From: a virus
Strand: one strand, 5' to 3'
DNA: 64,000 nt
IMG/VR virus record: IMGVR_UViG_3300048507_000465
Coordinates: 18,017 to 82,016 of that record
In this document: positions 38,187 to 48,117 of the stretch, in pieces
Layout of the letters: each line of letters begins with the position of its first letter
Position numbering within the stretch: the stretch's first letter is position 1
Notes under the pieces: model-generated
Database searches by the model: none
What the model was told of the DNA's origin: nothing
What the model saw: only the letters and a program-made list of their open reading frames with translations
Position numbers and translations under genes: made by a program

Positions 38187-41100
38187 ATGGCACAATTAAT
38201 ATTAAAAGGTACTTTACAGACTAGTGCAGCTGATGCATTTGCTAACGGCCCTAGTAATGTAACCCAACAAACTCTATATTGGGATGATAGCAATAACGCA
38301 ACATTTGGCGCAGGTACTGATTTATTTACGGATGCCGGCATGGATCCCCTTACAGATACATTTACGCCAGGAAGCAATGGTTGGTGGTATACTATAGATG
38401 GAAATAGAGCAATTCAAATTGATGGTACCGCAAACTTAGGTCGAGTTTTAGATATTGAAAACGGCCCTATAATTACTTTAAATGGGGATTCTACTGAATA
38501 TTATACAGTCGGGTCAACATGGACCGACGCAGGTGCTACTGCTACTGATGTAGAAGATGGTAATGTAACTGGTATCACTATGGCAGGCGCGACCAGCGGC
38601 GATACTTTAAATTCTACGGGAAATACTTCAATTACATATGATGTATCAGATTCAGATAATTATCCAGCTTTAACAGTAACTAGACTACTAACCGTATATT
38701 CTTACGATACATTTTCAGCATCAGCATCAACAGTTGACGAGGGTGGTACTATTATATTTACATTAAATGGTACTAATATTCCAGGTGGTACTACAATACC
38801 ATACGCTGTAACTGGTATTAGTTCTGCGGATTTATCATCAGGTTCAACTGATGGAATGTCTGGTAGTATTACGGTAGATTTTGGTACTGGTAGTTTAACT
38901 TTTACATTAAATGAAGATTTAACAACAGAGTCAGCAGAGACTTTGACCGTTACATTAGATCCACAAACACTGGGAGATTCTAATGGAGCAGATGTAGGTT
39001 CTCTTTCTGATTCAGTTACCGTTAATGATACTAGTATTGGAAACGACCCTCCTACTATAATTGTAGATCCATTGTTAGTTAGTGTTACTAATGATATTAA
39101 TGATGGAAACTTAGAGTGGGTATCTATTAATTTAGGTAATAATATAAGTGGTAATACCGACAACGACCCATTAACTTATACAATATTAGACCCGGGAAAT
39201 TTTAACGGAAGTTTAGCAGAATCACAGGGAGGTAGTGTCATTTCACAATGGCCACATGCTATTGCTAATAATGGTAGTACTATATGGTATACTCCAGGTA
39301 ATGTATTTAATCAAGGCTCTGAAAGTTTTGATTACAAGGTAGATGATGGAACTAATGATGCTACGGGAACTGTAACCGTAACAGTTTCTCCACCAGTAAA
39401 TACAGCTCCGACTGCGGAAAATTATACAGGAATCTCCCTTGATGGAGAAATATCAAATACCGCAACTAGATCTTATGAGTTTCAAAGAAAGCACTCAGTT
39501 ACACCTTCTGCTCAAATAGGAGAAACATATAGCTTTCAATGGGTAGATGATTCAAATGGTACTAATGTATTAACAATTGGCCAGTTAAATAACTCATTAA
39601 GCCACGGTACAGTTGCTATTACAGCAGGTGATGGTACCGGAGAGTGGTTTACGTATACACTTAATAATAATGTAGATTTAAATCCTAGTAGCTCTCAACT
39701 TACAGAGACTTTTTATTATCAAATAACTGAAACTAATACTACGGAGTCTTATTCTGCTAGGGGTCAAATAGATCTAAGCATACAACCTCCTGGAAATACA
39801 CCACCCCAATTTACCACACCTGGTAGTTCTCCACATTCAGTGAGTGTTGATCAGTTTAGTTTTGTAAATATTAATATAGCTGTAACAGATGGAGATGGAG
39901 ATAATATTACATTTAATGCTACACAACCACCAAGTGGGCAGGGTGCTGTAGATATTTCTAATTTAGGTATAAACGGTACTATAAAATATACACCTGGGTC
40001 ATATCAGGGTAATACTACATTTACCCTTACGGCAAACGATCCATACGGTGGAAGTGCTTCTATGCTGTTTAATGTTACAGTAAATGCTAGTCCATATGTT
40101 GCAGTAAGAATTAGCCCATGGGGAAGTTCATCTTCAATTGCTTGTAACGATTCTCGAGGCTCTCAAAATTATTATTTAAACACAGCACAAGCTGTAACGT
40201 TAAATGAATTAACAATAGGAGATTCTATTTACGTAAGTACAGCCCTTAGTGATACGTGGGCGCCTATTGACGCTGCATTTGGTTGGGTTTCAGTTGCAGA
40301 AGCAACCGACTTAGGAAATGTTATATCATATAAGATTGATACTAATGGTATTATTGAGGAAGTGGTTGCATGTCAAGTTACTGGAGGTCAAGCGTGGCCA
40401 ATAGAAATAGGTTCTTCGTCATCGGTAAATGCATATTGTAATTTGCAGTCGTTTCAAACAGGTATAGTTTATCAAAATATTAGTGAATTTAAACCAAATG
40501 GTGTTACGCCTTTTACGCTAGGTGATGTTGTTGAGGCTGGCGGTCAGTTATTTAATTCAGAATATTATGCTAATGCGTATGCAGGTCAGACGGCTCCGGC
40601 AAATATTGCACTAGGAGATGGCCTTTACAACTTTGTTAGCTCGTATGGTAAATATTATTCTTATCAAAATGGAGTTTGGCAAATAAACACAGATACTAGT
40701 TCGCCTTATTACAATACGACTACATTTGGTTGTCCACCTGAAGTTACATGGGAGGTTAAAAGTTTAACTGTAAAATGGTTACCAGAACAACCTACAGAAA
40801 TAGGGTATATTTGTAATGCTACTTCAGCTGAGCTTGAGGATATTACAATTTACTATAAAGTTCCACAGGGAATAACATATACTTTAAAGGATTTAGCTAT
40901 AAATCAAAAGAGAATTTTTACTAGCGAATCAGCCGCTTTATCAAACGATTATAGTCAACTATTTCAATCAGCGGTTTTACTATATTTTGGTAAGTATTTT
41001 ATTTGGAATAATGATGATGAAACAGGTTATACGGGAGCTGTACAATGGTATGGTTTTAATTCAATTACTAATGAGATTGAACTTGCTAACATTGGAAGTT

Positions 41101-44100
41101 CGGGAGGTGTTTGTTTATCTCCAGGTAACCAAGATTACATTAGAGAAGAACATACTGGGCTTTCTTATGAAATAGGTAGTTCAACTGGAACTAGACCTAA
41201 TGCGTATTATGCTTTTTATGGATGTGAAGTGCAATTAGATGCTGGTATTCCAGGAGGAGATTCATACTGGCCTTTATATGTAATAGACGGATTTCATACT
41301 GCTGATTTAAATTCTACGTCATTTGTTAAAGATTTTATTAGTACAGTAGGCGATACTGTTACACATATTAAGTCTAGTGAATGTATGACTTTAAAGCATA
41401 AAGTATGGGGGCTTAATATACAAGACGCAATTAATCAGCTAGAAGATAATATATCAGTATATAGACAGGATAGGATTAGGGCAATTGCAATAAACCCACA
41501 AGATATAGGTATAGGGAGTCAGTCTATTATTTCATATGGATATAGTGATTGTGGAGGATGTCTTACAAATCCAGAAACTGTAAATACATATCAATTTCCT
41601 ATAGTAGAAGATTTTGAAATATTAAATAGGACAATACCTAATTTTAATTTAGAGACTAATTATGAATTAGATAACGTATCTAAACCGTTATTAAGAACAA
41701 ATCCAAAATTATCAACTAATGCTAAATTAGTAGCCAACCTCAACGATCAAGTTTTTATTGAAAGTATTGACGCTACTAAGGAGTTGGCTTCAGTTTCATA
41801 TAAAAGGTGGGAAGTTAATAAAGATGGACAGTATTCATATGACTTAAAAAAGTTTTATGAATTTAGTTATACAACATCTGACATTATGTATGCTACTAAA
41901 GTAGAATACTCAGATTATGCAGTACAAGAGACCTTTGATAAACAAATTGAAGAACTATATCAATACGGTACTAAATATAATTACTCTAAACTACACGATG
42001 AAGACTATAGAATTTTCGCACCAATTTGGTTAGATAAAGCTATACCTAGAAAATTTGTAATATTTAGAGTTAGTGATCCTACATCTTCTGTTGATTTTGA
42101 TAATAGGAGTATGTTTAATAATATGCAGGATTTATTAAAAAATTCTGAAATAATAAAAACATTTGATTTAACTAAAGATTCTACATTGGGTTCTTATATA
42201 AGGAATCATATGGAGGATGAGGGCTTCCCAAAGACTCCAATTACTTTTAACTTTGACGAAAATGAAAAAAGTACGTTTAACGGTATTGATTTAAAAAAGG
42301 GTGGTTTTACTAAGAAGGGTGAGTTTTTACATGATGATTTTGTAAAAGCAGATGCGCCTCTTATTTCAAGTAATCAACTAATAACTGATGGGTTTGAAAG
42401 AAATAATATAGCATGTGCTAATTTATTAAACTTAGAGTTTTTATTCAATGATGATTTAGTATCGGATTATGGTATTAATAGATATTTTGGAGTGTACGTT
42501 AATGATATAGATTCTGGATATGGGTCTATTTCTACTTCTGAAAACGGTAATATAGTTTTTGATATATTAAATAGTAATATTAATAATGATAGCTGGTCTG
42601 CTATTCCATCATTTAAACATATATCTCAGACTCCAACTATTGGGTATGTTTCGATAAGTGATGAATACTATAAAATTTCTTCTAGAAGTAATTATATTCC
42701 TAAAAATTTAAACGTTGTAGTTGAAGATTCAGGTAACAAGATACCTAATGAAATTAAAATAGCTCCAAACGGTAATTCTATTGATATTACTAGAAACAAA
42801 GAAGCTGGGTTTGATTTTATTAAAATGGAACTTATATCAACTCCTAATACTAACGATAAGTTTACTATATTTTCTTCTAAAGAATCTTCGTATGCTATTA
42901 AATTTGTTAGACTTGCGGAGGGTGAAAACTGGAGTATTTATTTTAATGAGTATGGTGTACAAAAGGTAGTTCCATTCCAGACTGGTTCTAGTTTATTAAC
43001 TACATTTATTAACATTAAAAATGAATTTTTAAATTTAGGATTTTCTAATATTAAAATAGATTGGGACTTAGATAAAAGTACATTATATGTAACAGAGTTA
43101 CAGTCTACCCTCGGGGATTTAGAGCTTTATATTAAATCAACAGATCAATCTTATACTAGCTTAGCAAATGCAGTTGCAATACAAACCTCTTTTAACTTAG
43201 ATAACTCAACATATATTGCTTCAGATCAAATTAGTGCTGGTAATTTTAGTAGTACTACATATTCTAGTAATGGTACATTAGGCCAGATAACTAAAGCATT
43301 AGTATCTTGTATTACAAATTCTGCGCAAACTGATTTTAACGTATTACATGAAACAGGGTCAAATATATTTTATATTAAATCTAAAGTAAAGGGCTACAAG
43401 CTTTTACAAAGTGGAGTTTTAGTTCCTAAAGAAAACTCTATAGATTTTTTAAATATAGAAAATTTAGATACTAATTCTTTATTAAATCTTCACGATGAGA
43501 GCCTAAATTCAATAGCAGTAACTAATAATATTTATTACATGAGCGGTGGTAACTCTGCTAATAAGTCAGTTTATGTTTCTTTAGATTCTGTTGCGGATGT
43601 AAATATAGGTGATTATATAGAGACTAAAAAATTAAACGTATATAATAAAATTATAGATATTGTAGACGACGTCGATAGAATTCCAACAACATTTAAAAGA
43701 TTAATACTAGAACGTGAAAACGATTTAGATTCTGGAGAAATTAAAATATATGCGGATAATCTTGCTAGAATAGGTTTATTTTCAGCGTTTGATATACATG
43801 ATATGAATTTTGATTTTTATGATACTTCAAACTCAGATCTTAAAGAGTTAAAATATGAAAATTCTGCTACTATTAATTATATACCAGAGGAGAGTACTTC
43901 AGGAACTGAAGATGAAGTTGCAGTATTTAGTAATGATTATGATTTAACACCTAGTAATTATTTTACAGGTATTAGTGATGTATTACCGGAGGAGCTTGCA
44001 GATCAATATAATGAAATAAAACTTTATACTGAGTATGATAGATTAAATGAAAATAATCTTAAAGAGTTTGCTTTAAATTCTAGAGTAGTTCCTAATATTA

Positions 44101-46481
44101 ATAAATGGGTATTAAAAGATACTTTAACTGTAAGAGAACAACCATATTATTTAAATGCCAATGAAGCATTTGGTAGAACTAATTTTGCGCCTGACTTTTC
44201 TAACCCAGGTAGAGATAGATTAGGAATGACACATGAGTGGTTTTATTTAGATAAAATACCTAAATACTTACAATATAATCAGTTAAATGATACTTTTAGT
44301 TATTTAAACTTTAATGAAGATTTTGATTTACAACCTATTCATTTTAAAAGTACATCTTTTGATTATTTTGATAGATTTATGATAAGCGACGGGTTTGAAA
44401 TTAAAGATAACTATGGTATAGTTTCTTTTATTAAAACAAACCTTAAAAAGAAATATACTGTTGTAGATGGCGGTAATGATACATCATTTGCAAGTACTAT
44501 ATTTAAAGGTTTAAGAGTTAATTTTAAAAGTAGAAAAGAATTTGAAAATATAACATCCTCCGATTTTATTAAAAATTCAGAATTTAATGGGTATAAGTTT
44601 AGTACTATTGTTAAAGTTAAGACGGGTCAAGCGTCTAATGATATTTCATACGAGATTATTCAAAATAAAGCTTTTAATTTTGTAGTATTTTTTATTACAG
44701 TATCCTTAGACGATTTATGGTCTAATAATTCTATTAATAGAAAACTATTGTATGAAATGAATCATAGCCTTGTTTGGACCGGAAATCCTGGGTTTGAAGT
44801 TTTTCAATATTCTGATGTTAAAATCTCCGGAGCTATGAATTTAAATAGTTTAAATACAACAGATCCGACTGCAATAGATTATTTAGTATTAACAGGTTTA
44901 ACACATGATGATGGGTCAATACCTCAATTTATAGAACAAATAAATACTGATGATGATAATCAATATGGAGTATTAAAAGTAACTATTAATGCAGATTCAG
45001 GTCCAAATAATATATACTTACCCATAGCTTCAGTAAACGATCAAGATGAGCTAGTTCTTTCTGGAGTTCCGATGGATAGCGAAACAGGTGGGAATCCAGT
45101 ACCTTTGTATAATTTACCGGACTACTTACAATTAGAAGCTGAGTATAACTATTTAAAGGGTGGTAAAAATGCTTTTAAAAATATTCTAGATAGTTTATCA
45201 ATATCTAATGTATATCAGTTGTTAAAACAAAATGATGGTCAGATAGTTTATACTACAATAGAAGAGGACGGAACTTCTTTAAATAATAGATTTCAAATAG
45301 AATTCGAAGATGGTAATGAGGTAATAAAAGAATCGTTCTTGCTTACAACCACAGATACCGATAAACCAAAATCATTTAAATTATCTAAGGGTAATATAGG
45401 TTTTGAATTAATAGCCGGTGATATTTACTATCCGTTTTTAGTTAGACATAACGGTGATTACACTGTGGATACTAAGCCTGTAATTACGTTTACTGATACA
45501 TATTCACACTTTAAAACTAACGATTTACAATCTACTATTAATTCATCTGAGTTAGCGTTTGAAGAGCAGATGTATAAACATTCTTTAACCGATGTTGAAG
45601 AAATTAATTTGGCTAGAGATTATTATAGAAGATATAATAGGTGTGGTACTGCTTTTAATCTAGGGTTTGTACAAGATGATGGAACTCATGATAATAATTG
45701 GGGTATAATTAAAAACCATTTTTATAGAAAGGTAAATGAAATAAATACATCAGGTGTTACAAAACTATCAACTTCTACTGAGAAACTACCTTTGTATCCT
45801 CTAATTGGTGAAATAGCTATAGATAAAAAAGACGTTAATGTATTTAGATCTTCATGGGATAAAAATTATTATACCAGAGCTCTATCTGGCGGCGGCTCAG
45901 AATTAGTTCCAGGTACATTTGAAACTAAAGAAGAAAAATCATATTTAGGCTCTACTGTAATGAAACCTAAAGATTCATATAGCTTAATTAATTTTAACGT
46001 TGATTATGTAGGTAGCCAAGAATCACAAGATAAAATATTATTAAATGGAAATAATAAAGGAGATATTGTTGTTTTTGAAAATAAAGAAAACATATACATT
46101 GATTTTTATATTGATTCTTTAATTAAGAAGACTTTATCTAATGATGGTATTTTAAATTCTATTTCAAGGTATGTCACTGCTGAAAATTCAGCTGGAGATA
46201 AATCTACTATTAAAGATGATGTTGAGTTTTATATTACTAAGAATCTAGTTAATTTGTTTACAGTAAATTCTATTAAATTATATACTAGCAGAATTAAGGG
46301 TATTAAATCTGAGATACTTACTACTGCTAATATTGATACTTTAGATGATGGTGGGTTTGAATTAGATAAAAACTTTACATTTAAGCAACATAAACAAAAG
46401 CCCCTTAATTTTAGATTGATATATAATAAAAGATTAGGTTACTCTTATAGAATTAGACCTATGGTAAAAATAAAGTCATAA
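38187..46481 (+). CDS. giant virion protein: N-terminal Ig/cadherin-like adhesin region + C-terminal structural core
   Basis: PIITLNG..DAGATATDVEDG (DUF5011/HYR); STVDEG..EDLTTESAETL (Calx-beta-like); NDPP/NTAPTA/NTPPQF..YTP..SFDYKVDDG cadherin-like repeats. Confidence 0.7.
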   Translation: MAQLILKGTLQTSAADAFANGPSNVTQQTLYWDDSNNATFGAGTDLFTDAGMDPLTDTFTPGSNGWWYTIDGNRAIQIDGTANLGRVLDIENGPIITLNGDSTEYYTVGSTWTDAGATATDVEDGNVTGITMAGATSGDTLNSTGNTSITYDVSDSDNYPALTVTRLLTVYSYDTFSASASTVDEGGTIIFTLNGTNIPGGTTIPYAVTGISSADLSSGSTDGMSGSITVDFGTGSLTFTLNEDLTTESAETLTVTLDPQTLGDSNGADVGSLSDSVTVNDTSIGNDPPTIIVDPLLVSVTNDINDGNLEWVSINLGNNISGNTDNDPLTYTILDPGNFNGSLAESQGGSVISQWPHAIANNGSTIWYTPGNVFNQGSESFDYKVDDGTNDATGTVTVTVSPPVNTAPTAENYTGISLDGEISNTATRSYEFQRKHSVTPSAQIGETYSFQWVDDSNGTNVLTIGQLNNSLSHGTVAITAGDGTGEWFTYTLNNNVDLNPSSSQLTETFYYQITETNTTESYSARGQIDLSIQPPGNTPPQFTTPGSSPHSVSVDQFSFVNINIAVTDGDGDNITFNATQPPSGQGAVDISNLGINGTIKYTPGSYQGNTTFTLTANDPYGGSASMLFNVTVNASPYVAVRISPWGSSSSIACNDSRGSQNYYLNTAQAVTLNELTIGDSIYVSTALSDTWAPIDAAFGWVSVAEATDLGNVISYKIDTNGIIEEVVACQVTGGQAWPIEIGSSSSVNAYCNLQSFQTGIVYQNISEFKPNGVTPFTLGDVVEAGGQLFNSEYYANAYAGQTAPANIALGDGLYNFVSSYGKYYSYQNGVWQINTDTSSPYYNTTTFGCPPEVTWEVKSLTVKWLPEQPTEIGYICNATSAELEDITIYYKVPQGITYTLKDLAINQKRIFTSESAALSNDYSQLFQSAVLLYFGKYFIWNNDDETGYTGAVQWYGFNSITNEIELANIGSSGGVCLSPGNQDYIREEHTGLSYEIGSSTGTRPNAYYAFYGCEVQLDAGIPGGDSYWPLYVIDGFHTADLNSTSFVKDFISTVGDTVTHIKSSECMTLKHKVWGLNIQDAINQLEDNISVYRQDRIRAIAINPQDIGIGSQSIISYGYSDCGGCLTNPETVNTYQFPIVEDFEILNRTIPNFNLETNYELDNVSKPLLRTNPKLSTNAKLVANLNDQVFIESIDATKELASVSYKRWEVNKDGQYSYDLKKFYEFSYTTSDIMYATKVEYSDYAVQETFDKQIEELYQYGTKYNYSKLHDEDYRIFAPIWLDKAIPRKFVIFRVSDPTSSVDFDNRSMFNNMQDLLKNSEIIKTFDLTKDSTLGSYIRNHMEDEGFPKTPITFNFDENEKSTFNGIDLKKGGFTKKGEFLHDDFVKADAPLISSNQLITDGFERNNIACANLLNLEFLFNDDLVSDYGINRYFGVYVNDIDSGYGSISTSENGNIVFDILNSNINNDSWSAIPSFKHISQTPTIGYVSISDEYYKISSRSNYIPKNLNVVVEDSGNKIPNEIKIAPNGNSIDITRNKEAGFDFIKMELISTPNTNDKFTIFSSKESSYAIKFVRLAEGENWSIYFNEYGVQKVVPFQTGSSLLTTFINIKNEFLNLGFSNIKIDWDLDKSTLYVTELQSTLGDLELYIKSTDQSYTSLANAVAIQTSFNLDNSTYIASDQISAGNFSSTTYSSNGTLGQITKALVSCITNSAQTDFNVLHETGSNIFYIKSKVKGYKLLQSGVLVPKENSIDFLNIENLDTNSLLNLHDESLNSIAVTNNIYYMSGGNSANKSVYVSLDSVADVNIGDYIETKKLNVYNKIIDIVDDVDRIPTTFKRLILERENDLDSGEIKIYADNLARIGLFSAFDIHDMNFDFYDTSNSDLKELKYENSATINYIPEESTSGTEDEVAVFSNDYDLTPSNYFTGISDVLPEELADQYNEIKLYTEYDRLNENNLKEFALNSRVVPNINKWVLKDTLTVREQPYYLNANEAFGRTNFAPDFSNPGRDRLGMTHEWFYLDKIPKYLQYNQLNDTFSYLNFNEDFDLQPIHFKSTSFDYFDRFMISDGFEIKDNYGIVSFIKTNLKKKYTVVDGGNDTSFASTIFKGLRVNFKSRKEFENITSSDFIKNSEFNGYKFSTIVKVKTGQASNDISYEIIQNKAFNFVVFFITVSLDDLWSNNSINRKLLYEMNHSLVWTGNPGFEVFQYSDVKISGAMNLNSLNTTDPTAIDYLVLTGLTHDDGSIPQFIEQINTDDDNQYGVLKVTINADSGPNNIYLPIASVNDQDELVLSGVPMDSETGGNPVPLYNLPDYLQLEAEYNYLKGGKNAFKNILDSLSISNVYQLLKQNDGQIVYTTIEEDGTSLNNRFQIEFEDGNEVIKESFLLTTTDTDKPKSFKLSKGNIGFELIAGDIYYPFLVRHNGDYTVDTKPVITFTDTYSHFKTNDLQSTINSSELAFEEQMYKHSLTDVEEINLARDYYRRYNRCGTAFNLGFVQDDGTHDNNWGIIKNHFYRKVNEINTSGVTKLSTSTEKLPLYPLIGEIAIDKKDVNVFRSSWDKNYYTRALSGGGSELVPGTFETKEEKSYLGSTVMKPKDSYSLINFNVDYVGSQESQDKILLNGNNKGDIVVFENKENIYIDFYIDSLIKKTLSNDGILNSISRYVTAENSAGDKSTIKDDVEFYITKNLVNLFTVNSIKLYTSRIKGIKSEILTTANIDTLDDGGFELDKNFTFKQHKQKPLNFRLIYNKRLGYSYRIRPMVKIKS

Positions 46482-46482
46482 A

Positions 46483-47307
46483 ATGGCCATTAATATTCAA
46501 GAAATACTACACCCTAGTGACTCTGACAATATAAAGTTTGAGAAGATTAACTATAACTTTGATCAGATTTTAGCTAACGGAGGAGGTCTAGAAGGATCTA
46601 AAGGGCAAAAAGGAAGTCAAGGTATCCAAGGTTTAACTGGCGCCGATGGTGCAACTGGGCCGCAGGGGCAAAAAGGTGAATCTGGCGAATCTTCTAGCCC
46701 ATGGGCAAAAATAGAAGTTGCAGGTTCTGGTGCGAATATTAGCCGTACATTACTTAAGCCTAAACCAGATAGTGACGAACATACTCCAGTAATTTGGTTA
46801 GGAGATCCAGCTTTTAGTAATTCTAACAATATAGATGGAGATTCTACGTCTAGATCTACTTTAAATGTAGGTAGATATTTTGAGTATGATGCTGGGAGTA
46901 TAGCACCATATCCTGGAACTGGATATATTTCACTACACCATGATTCAACTAAAAAGTTACATGTGACTAGTGCAGATGATGATGGGACAGATCCTGCTAG
47001 AATTATATTTCAAACTAGTTGGGACGGCTCTAGTAATACTGATGATTTTAGAATATTTTTAAATGCGGATGTTGTAGTTAAACAAACTCTTAAACTTGCT
47101 AATAATACCTCTAATATTACTACATATGAAGCAGGTATGTTAAGATATAATCCTACTACTAAAACGTTTCAAGGCTTTGTTGATGCTGATGGAAATGGAG
47201 CTGCTTGGACAGATTTCTGTATGGCGCCATGTGGAGTTGGTGGAGGTACAGTAGGTTTTGATGATACATCAGACTTAAATGTGGATACTGACGGTAATCT
47301 AATATAA
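46483..47307 (+). CDS. collagen-repeat tail fibre protein
   Basis: 12 Gly-X-Y triplets (46585-46692); IQEIL..SDS..KINYNF anchor; GMLRYN motif. Confidence 0.75.
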   Translation: MAINIQEILHPSDSDNIKFEKINYNFDQILANGGGLEGSKGQKGSQGIQGLTGADGATGPQGQKGESGESSSPWAKIEVAGSGANISRTLLKPKPDSDEHTPVIWLGDPAFSNSNNIDGDSTSRSTLNVGRYFEYDAGSIAPYPGTGYISLHHDSTKKLHVTSADDDGTDPARIIFQTSWDGSSNTDDFRIFLNADVVVKQTLKLANNTSNITTYEAGMLRYNPTTKTFQGFVDADGNGAAWTDFCMAPCGVGGGTVGFDDTSDLNVDTDGNLI

Positions 47308-47310
47308 ATT

Positions 47311-48117
47311 ATGAAGGATAAAATAAAAAATATATTATCAAATAGGACTCTGGTAACTTTTGTTGCGGGAGCCCTTCTATGTTTATTATTTCTTAAACAA
47401 TGCAATAGTATTGAGAACTTAAAACAAGATGTAAAATTAGCACAAGAAGATGCTGGTAGACAACTCAATAACTTTAAGGCTGCTCAAGACTCAGTTACAA
47501 TACTAAGAAATGATAATGGGGATCAGCTTGCTCAAATCAGATCTTTTGAATTTGATTTATCAAAACTAGAATCTAGCCAAGCTAAGTTAACTAAAAAGTA
47601 TAAAAAAGCGTTAGCACTTAATGATGACTTAAAAGACGTTAATTCATTAATATCTGCTAATTTAGAAATTACAGATAGCTTAGATGTAAGTACTACAACT
47701 GAGGCTATTGATACTTCAACTACTAAAGTTACATTTAAATCTACTGAAGATTTTGGTGGTGGTAACTCTAGAAAACTAACAGGGTTTTCAACTTTTAAAT
47801 ATGAATTTGAAAAATTTAAAGTACTGGAAACTAAATTTGAATTAACACAAACTCTAAGCCTAATGGCCGCGATTGAAAATGTGGATGGTGCTGATAGATT
47901 AAAGCTGTCAACAAGCTATCCGGGATTAGAGATTAAAGATATTGAAAATATCAACCTAGTTAATACCAGGTTAAATAGAAAATCAGAAAAGAAAGCTGGT
48001 TGGGGAATTGGTGTAGGAATAGGTTATGGTATTAATTTAAATAATAATCAAGTGATTAGTACGGGCCCTTCGATAGGGGTCGGCTTATATTGGTCACCAA
48101 AATTTTTAAGATTTTAA
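47311..48117 (+). CDS. membrane-anchored coiled-coil protein, putative spanin-like lysis protein
   Basis: N-terminal TM, coiled coil, C-terminal WGIGVGIGYG..GVGLYW..F beta-hairpin. Confidence 0.5.
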   Translation: MKDKIKNILSNRTLVTFVAGALLCLLFLKQCNSIENLKQDVKLAQEDAGRQLNNFKAAQDSVTILRNDNGDQLAQIRSFEFDLSKLESSQAKLTKKYKKALALNDDLKDVNSLISANLEITDSLDVSTTTEAIDTSTTKVTFKSTEDFGGGNSRKLTGFSTFKYEFEKFKVLETKFELTQTLSLMAAIENVDGADRLKLSTSYPGLEIKDIENINLVNTRLNRKSEKKAGWGIGVGIGYGINLNNNQVISTGPSIGVGLYWSPKFLRF

